The position numbers and the translations under genes are program-made. The notes below the pieces were generated by a model. It searched no databases, was not told where the DNA came from, and saw nothing but the letters and a program-made list of their open reading frames with translations. A DNA stretch of 64,000 bases from an uncultured virus (IMG/VR IMGVR_UViG_3300013102_000031). Lineage: Duplodnaviria; Heunggongvirae; Uroviricota; Caudoviricetes. The DNA is taken from IMG/VR virus record IMGVR_UViG_3300013102_000031. One strand, given 5' to 3'. Shown piece after piece: positions 9,004 through 19,223 of this stretch (position 1 is its first letter; each line of letters opens with the position of its first letter).

Positions 9004-11380
9004 TATCTTATAAATTAACTAGGAGGCTACATGATCTACATAACAGAAATGCTGCGTTGGGGTGATGATGAATCCCACCATTATATCATTGGAGCATACT
9101 CAACCAATGAAGAAGCCTCTTACGCAGGAGAATTTCGTGAAGATTTGAATAAGATCAAGCACTTAGCTTATAATTTTGACTCAGATGGTGTTATTGATGC
9201 TATACGAACTCTAGAAAACAAAATGTTTGAGGTGTAGGTAATGAGTAAGAAAGGAAATCCTGATTTTAAACCAATGACAGACCAGCAAAGGGAGGAAGCA
9301 CACCTAAAACGTCTAGCTGACCAAGAATATGCTGTAAATCACCTGATAATTGAGTACAAAGATGCCGATTATTGGCGTTCATTAGCCTCAGAACAGGGGT
9401 TGAAGATGCCTAATTGGTGGATAAAGGGGGTAGAAGTTAAGTATATTCGGAGGGCTTGTAAGAAACTTGGAATTGATGTAGCTGAATATGTTGAGTCCAC
9501 TGGCTTTAAAAACCTTAAAGAATTCACTGAAAACAATGAAAAATGGACAGCTTTTGCCCATGTAGGGTTGGTTTTAGAGTTTTATAAAGAGAATACAGCT
9601 CAGAAAGGTTGTTAGAATCAATTGAAAGTGGTAAAGTTAAGGTAGTTTTTGATGTATTCAGCTCGATTAACATTAACAGAGCCCGGTAGTGGCTCTTAGG
9701 AGAAACAGATGCTTATCCTATTGTATTTTATCGTTGTAATTGTTGTTTCATACATCCATGCACACGGATGCTACGTCAAGGGAACTAAATATCCGTGGAA
9801 AGAGGATGCGATCCTATGCTTTCTTTGGCCCATCACATTGCCTATAGGTATTTGGATGATTATTGCATCGGAGAGTAGACCATGACACTAGCTGAACATG
9901 AAGATCGTCTTGTTAAAGACGAAGAATACCGTAGTAAATGGATTGATGAAGAAGTTCGCAGTTCTTCTGAGTGGTTTGTGCAGCAACTCAGCACTAAACA
10001 GAAGGATACACAAACAGTAACTTAGTGTGGAGAGTGAAATGACTGCGAATCGTCAGCTTGCAGAACAACGGGGTTTATCTGAACACCAAATTCAAGAGAT
10101 TGATCGTCTGCACGAACATCTTGACAAAACAATGGACTACTTTATTGAACAAGGTTGGACACAAGGACGGGAAGATGAAATTCATGATATCGAATACCTC
10201 TTGCAACAAGCTTGGGGTTTTCCTAAAGACTGTGGATACCATCGTTATGCACACCAATATGCTTTTGTCTGCCAGTGGTATGGGCGTACATTCAAGTGTG
10301 TAGAAACTGGGAATAAGATTACACTAGGTAAAGATATTCAAGAACGTCAATACATTTCTTTTGGTAATTGTGCAATTGACTTGGGTGTGTTAAACGGTTA
10401 TTCTCGTCGTATCGGAAACATGGAGGAGATTAAATGATAACAGATAAACAGAGGTTCGAAGAGTTTACTAGAAATGAAAAAGAATTTGAGAGTCAAGGCT
10501 GGGTAGTACATCACATTTGTGGGTGTGGGTACGTTCCTACGCACTCAGAGAACAGTGTGCTTATGAGGTTTGACTTTCCTTGGTGCCCTAAATGTGAAAT
10601 GAGAGACTACCGAAAGAAGTATCGTCGTTGGATTTCTCAATCTATTTGGTATAAACCACAGACATGGTTTCGCGGTTACTATGAGTGGGAACAACAATGA
10701 CCACACAATATTCACCCGAGAAACAATTGATCAAAGATTTCATCCGCTGGGCTAGTGATATGCATAAGTGTGCGATTGTGGCATTCCCAGATGAATTTGC
10801 TGCGAGTCAGTATGTGAATTACAAATTTGTCAATACATGTGAATTATTGGATGAATTTATGAAGGAGAGAAGTAGTGGGATTTAAAATAGATTTTATAGT
10901 TGAGGGTGGTGATCTTATTGATGACCATTGCAATCCCGCAATCTATACACAAGATATTAAGGTAGGTGGTAACTCATGCTCTGATACGGTGTTCCTACAA
11001 CAAGACGGACAAGTAGTGGGGTTTACTACAAGACAGTTTGAAGAGTTTATTCGTGAGGTTATGAAGTCATCCTTGTTTTGTGATTTGAGGAATGAGCTGA
11101 GGGAGGAATAATGAACCAAACAATTGAAGAAAGAATGCAATCCATTGAAGACCAACTCAAAGAGCTTCAGAAAGAACTGGAAGAATCTCTTGCGCGCTAC
11201 AACAAAAACCAGTATCCTTTTACAAATGGTGATATTAGTAAGTTCCGTAGTGGAGCTATTGGGGATATTCCTGAGACTAAATGTCTGTGGGATAGCATTC
11301 CTATAGAAGATCGTATGAAGCCTATGGGGCTAAGTTGTCCTTGTAGGAAGTGTTCGGCTTGGTGTTGAGGAGAGAAATAA

Positions 11381-11680
11381 ATGATTGTACTAAACGACTT
11401 GTGTGGTTGTGAGGATGACACTGTAATTGAAGTTGAATACTTGAAACAGTATCTACAAAACAGTATCTATGAAGCACTCAGTAAAACAGAACCTATTACC
11501 TATGAGCAATCAATTAAAATTATGGAGGGGCAATATAGGAAAGTTCTCATGGGTGCTTACACAAACCCTGAATATGATCCACAAGTGAAATGTACACTTG
11601 AAGAAGATGGAAAGATGAATGTAACCTTCTTGTGTCCACAATGGATTGCTGATATGATTAATGAAGATGGACACCATTGA
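11381..11680 (+). CDS. small protein resembling a tail sheath C-terminal segment
   Basis: VEYLKQYLQNSIYEALSKTEPITYEQSIKIMEGQYRKVL matches the recalled DUF3383-type sheath C-terminal pattern. Confidence 0.5.
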   Translation: MIVLNDLCGCEDDTVIEVEYLKQYLQNSIYEALSKTEPITYEQSIKIMEGQYRKVLMGAYTNPEYDPQVKCTLEEDGKMNVTFLCPQWIADMINEDGHH

Positions 11681-11859
11681 TGAAGCTGTTACTTATAGGA
11701 GTAATTTTAATTCTTACAGCATGTGACAATAAGCCTAAGACTCTTACTTGCACATCATCAACACCAAAAGGTTGGGTCACATGGGAGGAAGATGGTGGTA
11801 AAACTATTTGTTGGAAAAGTAAAGGTTTCCAATGTGCACCTAAATGTAAGGAGAAATGA
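11677..11859 (+). CDS. small lipoprotein
   Basis: Signal peptide with lipobox LTAC. Confidence 0.7.
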   Translation: MMKLLLIGVILILTACDNKPKTLTCTSSTPKGWVTWEEDGGKTICWKSKGFQCAPKCKEK

Positions 11860-12099
11860 GAATGTTAAAAGATACAGGTTTGAAAGAAGTTTTTGTTGTT
11901 TCTAATAAAGTATATATTGTCTTTCATGAACCAACAGAAGAGGTCGGGTTAACTGTGGATGACCTGCAAGAATTACTTTTGCTGTTGGTTGGAGAATAAA
12001 GATGATTGAAGGACTAAAGCTAGCTCTAAAGCACTGCACCAAATATGAAGACAGGATGTACTTGTCTTTCTTGATTAAAGTGTATGAGAGGAACAACAA

Positions 12100-12372
12100 A
12101 TGATTCTAGACTTGAAAGATAAAACAGAGTGTCGATTCAAAACACTTGAGGATATTCCGGGCTTTGTAAGTGTGCACGAAGAGGTTAGTGACTTCTTAAC
12201 GCTCAAGCTGACTATCATCTGTGATGACCCTAAAGACTTTGCCGAATATCTGTATTATAATCTACCCTCTGGTTGTAGACTTGTTGGAAGTACAACAGTT
12301 ACTATCTTGACAGATCTTGTTCAGTATGAGATTGGGGGTATTGATTATAAGTTTGATTGGGAGAAATCATGA
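12100..12372 (+). CDS. small protein resembling a baseplate J internal domain
   Basis: DFAEYLYYNLPSGCRLVGSTTVTI aligns ungapped to the J protein in this window, 10/24 identical. Confidence 0.6.
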   Translation: MILDLKDKTECRFKTLEDIPGFVSVHEEVSDFLTLKLTIICDDPKDFAEYLYYNLPSGCRLVGSTTVTILTDLVQYEIGGIDYKFDWEKS

Positions 12373-12627
12373 ACAAAACAGAACTTATAGGAGCAGCAAT
12401 AGCTATAACACTTATGCCTTGTATTATTGGGGTTTGGATGGTTTATAATTTGAGAGGTAAGAAGTGAGCTTATTTGAAGATTGGTATATTACAGTTCGAT
12501 CAGGCCCAGACATCAATGTCTATGATGATTTGAAACTAGACCAAGAAGGTGAGTATTATTACCAAGAAACCTTTTGGATGCATAAAGCATTTCTTGCTGG
12601 GCAAATAGTGTGTGAAGAGAAGAAACA

Positions 12628-13011
12628 ATGACAGACACATACGAACGTTGTTCCTGTGGCGCTAGAGATAGGGCTAAGTGTAGCAAGGAGAGTTTATCAG
12701 GTGGCGGTAAGCTGTGTGTAAAAGACTTGAAAGAGGAGAAAGTAGGTATTAAAGTTAACATGGAAGATATTGGTATTCCAAAATACGATCTATTTGGCGA
12801 GCTGTTCAAGCTAGGTGTCACACAAGTAACTGAGAAATGGCATGACCTTCTGATTGTTGAGCTTATCCTTGAAGGAGATTTTAAAGATGAGGATATTGCT
12901 AAGTGTCTTTATAAGAATTCTCCAATGATGTATAGACATGTGGGTGACATCACTCAGACAGTTGAAGGTGTGAATGGCATGTTGTTTAAATATGGGTTTA
13001 CGAGGGGATAG
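12628..13011 (+). CDS. protein with Cys-rich N-terminus and baseplate J-like C-terminal domain
   Basis: DIAKCLYKNSP...FTR aligns ungapped to J DIANAIWDNKP...FSR, 10/38 identical. Confidence 0.6.
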   Translation: MTDTYERCSCGARDRAKCSKESLSGGGKLCVKDLKEEKVGIKVNMEDIGIPKYDLFGELFKLGVTQVTEKWHDLLIVELILEGDFKDEDIAKCLYKNSPMMYRHVGDITQTVEGVNGMLFKYGFTRG

Positions 13012-13651
13012 TATGCCAAGATTTAAAGAGTCTTACAAAGTGGTGACAGAAGAGTTTACAACAAGGGAGGCGGCCCTGAAGGTCTTTCATCTACTGGATG
13101 CACTACCTAATGTCAGTGTTCATATTGAGCAAGTCAGTATGCCGGTGGTTAAGTGGGATTGTATCGATGATGGATATGGTGTTGTCGGCTACAGTTGGGA
13201 TTGTTTTACATGTGACACTGAGCATTCTTTTGTAACACCTTTCCTAGGGGATACATATCGTTGCAGCAAGTGTCACACGGAACATTATAGTGATTGGGAG
13301 GAAGAATGACACCAGAACAACAAGCTCTGATTGATAAAGCCCTTAGTCGTAAAAATCTTGGTCGTGAAGAACAGCGTAGGCTTGGACTGGAGTTGAAAGA
13401 TGCTCTTACGCTGAATAAATATCAGGCGAATATGATTAGGGAAATGAGGGGTGAGATTATTAAACTTAAGATTGAGAGGAAAGTATGAGTAATAAAGTTT
13501 GGTGTGTTATGACAGACGATGAAAATTATGAAACAAAGATTTCCATGGGATGTTATATGACTGAGAAAGAGGCAATCAAGAAGGCCGAATATTACAATTA
13601 TGATGAACACCCACATTTCTGGGTGGAAGAATATAAATTTAAGGGTGAGGA

Positions 13652-14221
13652 ATGTCAGGAATAAAAGAGCAGGCTATTGTTTTAAGAAAGCAAGGTCTAA
13701 CGTATGCACAAATATCAAGCGCCTTAAATGGCGCTGTATCTGTTGATTGGTGTAAACGAAACCTAAAGGCTGTCGAGTACAAGAAAACAGAAGATCCAAT
13801 ACTTACTGAAATCATTATACTTGCACTCAGACCAGAAGGTTGCACCAACTACGAACTGACGGGGATTGTAATGAAACACAACCCTGAATTGATTGATAAG
13901 AAAGGAGCTTACATGAGTGCATATAAACGTAAGGCACGGGACAAGAATAGGAACTCATTATTTCGGCCTTCATGGATTAGTCCAACTAAAGCTTTTGAGA
14001 GTTCTCAGGCTATGTACAGTATTGCTGATTCTATCTTTGAACGTATACAAGAAGCTGTACGTGACTATGCTGATATGTTCCCAGAGGTAGTAGATAAGAA
14101 AGCAATCCTAGATGAGATAGTCAAAATATCAAATGCTCACTTAGTTAAAGAGGGGTTGAGTACAAGGCTTTCAAGACATGAGGTGGTGGTAGAGAAGCTA
14201 ATTGACAGGCACCAGACATAG
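13652..14221 (+). CDS. putative HTH DNA-binding protein
   Basis: N-terminal AIVLRKQGLTYAQISSAL...VDW helix-turn-helix pattern. Confidence 0.7.
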   Translation: MSGIKEQAIVLRKQGLTYAQISSALNGAVSVDWCKRNLKAVEYKKTEDPILTEIIILALRPEGCTNYELTGIVMKHNPELIDKKGAYMSAYKRKARDKNRNSLFRPSWISPTKAFESSQAMYSIADSIFERIQEAVRDYADMFPEVVDKKAILDEIVKISNAHLVKEGLSTRLSRHEVVVEKLIDRHQT

Positions 14222-14323
14222 GTGCACTTTCTAGTCCTATTAACTCATTAGTGTGGTGCAGCTACTATTGCTGTGGGTGCACCTCATTTTTGATAATATT
14301 ATATACGTGCGGTGGAGTGTGAA

Positions 14324-14890
14324 ATGATTCAAGAAGAAATATTGACTGAAGTCTGGAAAGATATTGAAGGGTATTCCGGCTATCAAGTTAGTAACATGGG
14401 AAGAGTTAAGAGTCTTGTAAAGGCTTACAGACGTGAAGAGATTATTCTTAAAGGTAGTCCTAACACAACAGGTTATATTCTTGTACAGCTTTATCCTGAA
14501 CCAAGACAGCGTAAGTCACTGCTTGTGCATAGGCTTGTTATGCTAACCTTTCAACCTAATCCAATGATGGATGAACTGGAGGTGAATCATAAGGATCTAG
14601 ATACAACTAATAACAAGATGTCTAATCTTGAATGGGTTACTCAAAAGGAGAACAAAGAGCACTATCAGGCAAGTGATAAGTTTAAGACTGTAATCATTAA
14701 AGTGCCCAAAGGTGAGGAACAACATCTATCAAAGCTTACGGAGAAACAGGTGATCGAGATACGCAGACTGTATGCAGCTAACGAACACGGTACTAGGAAG
14801 AAACTAAGAGAGACTTATGGTGTAAGTGAAGGTTGTATTCGTAACATTCTTGACGGAGTTACTTGGAAACACCTTCTTCCAGAAGTGTAA
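14324..14890 (+). CDS. NUMOD4-HNH homing endonuclease
   Basis: EVWKDIEGYSGYQVSNMGRVKS; VHRLV...VNHKD...NN..SNLEWVT..EN; C-terminal HTH. Confidence 0.92.
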   Translation: MIQEEILTEVWKDIEGYSGYQVSNMGRVKSLVKAYRREEIILKGSPNTTGYILVQLYPEPRQRKSLLVHRLVMLTFQPNPMMDELEVNHKDLDTTNNKMSNLEWVTQKENKEHYQASDKFKTVIIKVPKGEEQHLSKLTEKQVIEIRRLYAANEHGTRKKLRETYGVSEGCIRNILDGVTWKHLLPEV

Positions 14891-14912
14891 ATTCTAAACC
14901 CCCTCTATTTTG

Positions 14913-14942
14913 GGAGTCAGCTTTCACTAGTGACTCCTTTTT
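14913..14942 (+). terminator. intrinsic terminator ending the + block
   Basis: GGAGTCA/TGACTCC stem plus TTTTT. Confidence 0.7.
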
Positions 14943-15159
14943 CTGTATCTGGAAAATATGGATATGAGCGGAAAGCCTTTACCTATAAGGGTCTGACTTC
15001 TGTAAATCACTGGCGGGCTATCAGTGCTACTTAACCGGTATTTGATTTCAGCTTTTGACTGGCTCTCACTTATAGAAATATCCTATCATTATCTCTTATT
15101 CAATAGACCTAACCTATACTCTATTGATCGTCTTACCTTAATAGACACAATCAACTAAT

Positions 15160-15176
15160 AGCAAGCTCTGTGCCAA
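15160..15176 (-). promoter_or_regulatory. sigma54 (-24/-12) consensus site
   Basis: Minus strand reads TTGGCACAGAGCTTGCT = TGGCAC-N5-TTGCW. Confidence 0.5.
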
Positions 15177-15225
15177 GTCACTGATCGATAGCTATAAACA
15201 ATACTGAGGCGTGTCATAACGTAAC

Positions 15226-15253
15226 ATTTCGCATAATGTAGCAAATGTTAAAT
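15226..15253 (+). other. dif-like XerC/XerD recombination site
   Basis: ATTTCGCATAA-TGTAGC-AAATGTTAAAT, 11-6-11 architecture. Confidence 0.55.
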
Positions 15254-15420
15254 GTTACCGAATAGACTCATCCTATCATGTTATCACTGAGCTACCACAC
15301 ATGTAGCTACTCTGTCAAGAACCTCTACTGGCCTACATGTATAGGGCCATATAGTGTAGTTGGAGTGGCTTGTCAAGGGTTTATTGGTGGATAAGTAGTG
15401 TAAAAGTGAAGACAGAATGT

Positions 15421-15438
15421 CGTAACGATATCGTTACG
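15421..15438. repeat. perfect 18-bp palindrome CGTAACGATATCGTTACG
   Basis: Read directly. Confidence 0.85.
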
Positions 15439-15636
15439 GTGTGGGAAGTGGGCGACAAGAAGGCTTGTGCTTAGCCATCAGAGATGTCTTCGCATATTGA
15501 TAGTGGTCACTAGAACGCAATGAACACATTTTGAGAGTACATGTGTACACTAGAATTGATAAGGCTTAGAGGATAATTTATAGTATCAACGAAAGAGATA
15601 CAGGAGTGTTGTTATATTAATCTTGTTAATAGACTA

Positions 15637-15655
15637 AGCCCTCCTTTGGAGGGCT
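15637..15655 (-). terminator. hairpin AGCCCTCC-TTT-GGAGGGCT after the last early gene
   Basis: 8-bp GC-rich stem; weak U-tract. Confidence 0.5.
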
Positions 15656-16598
15656 ATAAGAAAGCCTGCTAATGTCTTTCTTAGTACATGCTGTGCTTTT
15701 TCATGAAAGAGGTGATTTCTTCAGCTTCTTCAGTAGCTAAGAACCACTTGGCAGCATCGAACGAGCAAGAGAAGTTTTCTACACGTTCACGACCTACATA
15801 ACCAATCCAGTTACCGTGGATGTTAGATTTGAGGGATTTGAAACCAACTACATCAACCATGTTGCCTTTGTAGTCTTCTACTTGGATGGTCACTTTGGAG
15901 GAGGATTTCATTTTGATTAATCTCTGTGGTTGGCTTCAGTAGGTATAGAATACCACAAAAGAGACCTGAGTAAACAACTATTTGAAGTTATTTTACATAT
16001 TGATATCTATAAAGCCTAAGCTAGTAATAGCTTTTATTAAATGCCATACAAAGGTCTATAAGCCCCTGTAGGGAGTGGTTAGTTATAGTCTTGATGTTGG
16101 TATGTCTTTCTTTCTAAAACAGCGTACCAAAAAGTGTGCCAGAATTAAGGTATTAAGTTGATTATTTAATGACTATTTCTTATGCTTTAGTCACAGTATC
16201 AGAGTTACAACTTCTCAAACCTAACAGCCGTATACTCCAAATAGTCATCTGTCATACATAGGAATGACTTGTACATAGAGGCACGGAATGAATAGTCCCA
16301 CAAGATTAGCTGTATGCCATTGATTGATTTGATGAATGGAGTGATTACGTGGTTGGTGGTGGACATTTGAATCTCCTTATTCAGCAATGTAGCAATCGGA
16401 CTCTTCGTAGCCTTTGGCACTCATATACTTACGTTCAAGCTTAGCACATTGCTCGAAGGCTTCACTCTCTTCCTGTTGTGTGCTAACAGTCCAAGATGCT
16501 GGTTCGTAAGCATCACATTGGCTAGGAGAGGTGCAGAGTAAGGTGTAAAGAATGATTGTGTACATGATGGTGTTTCCTGTGTTTGTCTTGATGTACGG

Positions 16599-16627
16599 AT
16601 TATAAAACCTAATCAACTACCTGTAAA
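16599..16627 (-). promoter_or_regulatory. early promoter TTTACA-17-TATAAT
   Basis: Near consensus. Confidence 0.75.
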
Positions 16628-17065
16628 GCTTTTCTTTGCTTCTTTTAAGCTGTTAAATGTGCCTGTATTCTCTCCTTTATCTCTAGCCTGCCCATCTGCA
16701 TAGGTAGAGAAGTAAACCTCTTTCTTACCACATAATGTCCACCACTTAGCTATTATCCAGCCACGTTCTGAGTGTGTCCATGCATACAGGTTTGTCTTAG
16801 TCCAGCCTGCATTATTAGCAGTCACGACGGTGGCAACCAAGTTTCAACAGTTGGCTAATAATCTCGTCTTCTGCATCCATCAATTCACAGATAAGCGCAT
16901 CAGAGCATTCTAGCTTTTCAGCTTCACGAGTGTTGCCTCGTGCCTCGGCAAGCTTGTGTTGAAGGGAGAGGATGTTGGAGTCATTAGTGAATTTGTTCAT
17001 GATCATCTACCTTGCCTGGTTTGAGAGAAGCTATGTCAGAATGACAACCTCTCTTCTTGTGTTCT

Positions 17066-17093
17066 ATTGTACAGCTTCTGGTGTGGTGTGCAA
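17066..17093 (-). promoter_or_regulatory. early promoter TTGCAC-16-TACAAT
   Basis: Intergenic with AT-rich UP region. Confidence 0.65.
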
Positions 17094-17129
17094 GGGTTTC
17101 TTTCATAAAGTTTAATTTATTTTTTAAAC

Positions 17130-17154
17130 AAAAGAAAGCCCCATAATTGGGGCT
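17130..17154 (-). terminator. intrinsic terminator AGCCCCA/TGGGGCT plus T-tract
   Basis: Follows CDS 17164-17442. Confidence 0.75.
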
Positions 17155-17163
17155 GTCCGCTAG

Positions 17164-17442
17164 TTAACCTTTAGAAACTTCTTCGTGAAACCTCTCAGGT
17201 ACTTTTGCAACCTCAACACCATAAGCATCTTCAAAGTGACTTGGAAGCTCTCCATCTTCAAGATAAGCCCAAGACCTACCGTGATCATCATCTCGCACTA
17301 AGACGATACGAGATGTCATACCCTCTTCACAAGGGATTTCATTAATAGCTTTAGCTTTAGCAAAGCTGTCTGTATGGTTGTGATTCTGGATGTCCTCATG
17401 CTCATCCACTTCCTCTACATCCCACTCGTAGTATACAGTCAT
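17164..17442 (-). CDS. acidic hypothetical early protein
   Basis: RBS GCGGAG; own promoter and terminator. Confidence 0.75.
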   Translation of the reverse strand: MTVYYEWDVEEVDEHEDIQNHNHTDSFAKAKAINEIPCEEGMTSRIVLVRDDDHGRSWAYLEDGELPSHFEDAYGVEVAKVPERFHEEVSKG

Positions 17443-17489
17443 TTTGTGTTGCTCCGCTTAGGAGAGGTCTTTCTCTCCTTTCTGACTTG

Positions 17490-17517
17490 AGTATAGCAGC
17501 TTGATAGGCTAGGTCAA
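17490..17517 (-). promoter_or_regulatory. early promoter TTGACC-16-TATACT
   Basis: Near consensus, intergenic. Confidence 0.7.
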
Positions 17518-19223
17518 CAAGTATTTTCAACATTATTCATTGAAAGATTCTATCAGTCACCCATAAATCCATAGGAAATTGTAACATCTTCAGGCTTGTA
17601 TTTAGCCATTACATCATATTCACTCAAACTCCCTTCCACCAAGTCATAAGCCTGCACTTTCGTATTAAACACATATAGCTTACCCTTCTTCCTGTCGTAT
17701 TTGTATAGAAGAGTGGTGTCAGATGCTGGATAGCTGTCTGATTTTAGCCATACAGTGTTGTCTTCGATGTATGTGCAAATGAGGCGTAGAGAATTAAGTG
17801 TGTAGACAGCATCTGTTTTGAATTGGATAGTCATTATTAGTTCCTTTTGGTACACTCAAAAGTCTGAGTTAAATAACTCTCAATAGCCTCCTTAAGACAA
17901 CCTTTCAAGTTATTAAACAATGGAGCATCTACTTGCTGATACTCTTGGATCTTGTCTAGAAGCTTCCATGCTGCTTCATTCAATGCATCTGAGCCCATAT
18001 CAATTTGAATAGTCATTTAAAGAAGTCCTCCAATAACTCTGATTGCTTCTTGTTGATTGTGTCTATGATGCCAGTCTTGAAGCTTTCAGATAGAATCTCA
18101 TTCTTGATAAGAGAATCAACGAGAAACTCAATAGCACCGACTGCAATCTCCCAACTATCCTCATCTAGATTAGCGTTGTAAATGAGTAGATCATTAGCAA
18201 CTTGTTCTGTCTTATCCATCACTCTTCCCTCCAATTCCGCTTACTCTCCCTAATCCCTTTCCAACCTCGCTTAACACAGCTATGTTTATTGTGTCGTTCG
18301 CTGTGTTCGTATGGAGATGTGTCTAGACTGTGTTTGCTGGGACGTTTACGTTCGTATTTTTGGAATGTACTGCTATCTGCGATAGCCTTTGTTGTGTAGG
18401 TGTTCATTTGGTTTGTCCTGACAAAATTGAGAGGTCTGCTACTGAAAGCTTCTTATAAGTTTCTGAATCAACGCTTACCAACACACCCGTTATTTGTGTC
18501 TTTTCAGAAACTTTAACACTCAGTTTACACATGAAAGCAATAATTTCATAGCCGTTGTCATTGCATATTTTAATAGCTTCTTGTCTATTCATTTCCTTCT
18601 CCTTAGCTCAATGTATTGGCACTGTGTGCCTGTACAGCATTAACAATTACGTTCCAAAGCCCAAGCTCTTTAAAAACCTTGAAAGATGTGTGACCTTGTG
18701 CTGCTAAGTCTTCTACTGTGATCATAGCAGCAGTTAGGGTGATGTGTTTTGTGTTCATTGTTGTTTTTCCTGATTAATTAATTAAAGGACACTTGTCACA
18801 GTATCCACCTAAACCACATTGACCACCATCACATCTAGCTTTGTTTGAGTCAATACCATTATCAGTCAACCATTGTCTACCTGTACCTTTAGGAATGTAG
18901 ATAGTGAACCAGCAATCATCGGAAACTTCAGGAAAGTGGGGTGTAAAAGTTGGTATGGTGAAGTGTATTTGATCCATACCAACCTGTTGCGTGTCCACTA
19001 TGTACTGGAACTCTATTTCGACTTTCATAACCCAATCCATTCAGCAGCTTCAGTTTTAGACTTGAACAACAAGGCCACTGGACGGCCATCCATGAACACT
19101 TGCATGTCACCATCAAGACGGGACTTCTGAACCTTATAACCGAGTTGTTCAAAAGAGTCTACGGTCAGTGCATCTTTAGACCAAGATTTCTTGTTCATGC
19201 AAACTGCGTAGTATTTAGTCATT

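Larger units (their letters stand above)
9031..13616 (+). other. block of about 20 small hypothetical CDS (e.g. 9031-9237, 9241-9615, 10039-10437, 10434-10700, 10875-11111, 11111-11368, 13013-13309)
   Basis: Dense coupled ORFs with RBSs. Confidence 0.7.
14945..15680. other. non-coding convergence region, candidate genome end / terminal repeat region
   Basis: No credible ORF; lies between convergent blocks; rich in palindromes. Confidence 0.45.

Noticed and set aside
15215..15255. Superficial loxP resemblance (TTCGCATAATGTA)
   Set aside because: No 13-bp inverted arms and no Cre-like gene; a dif-type site fits better
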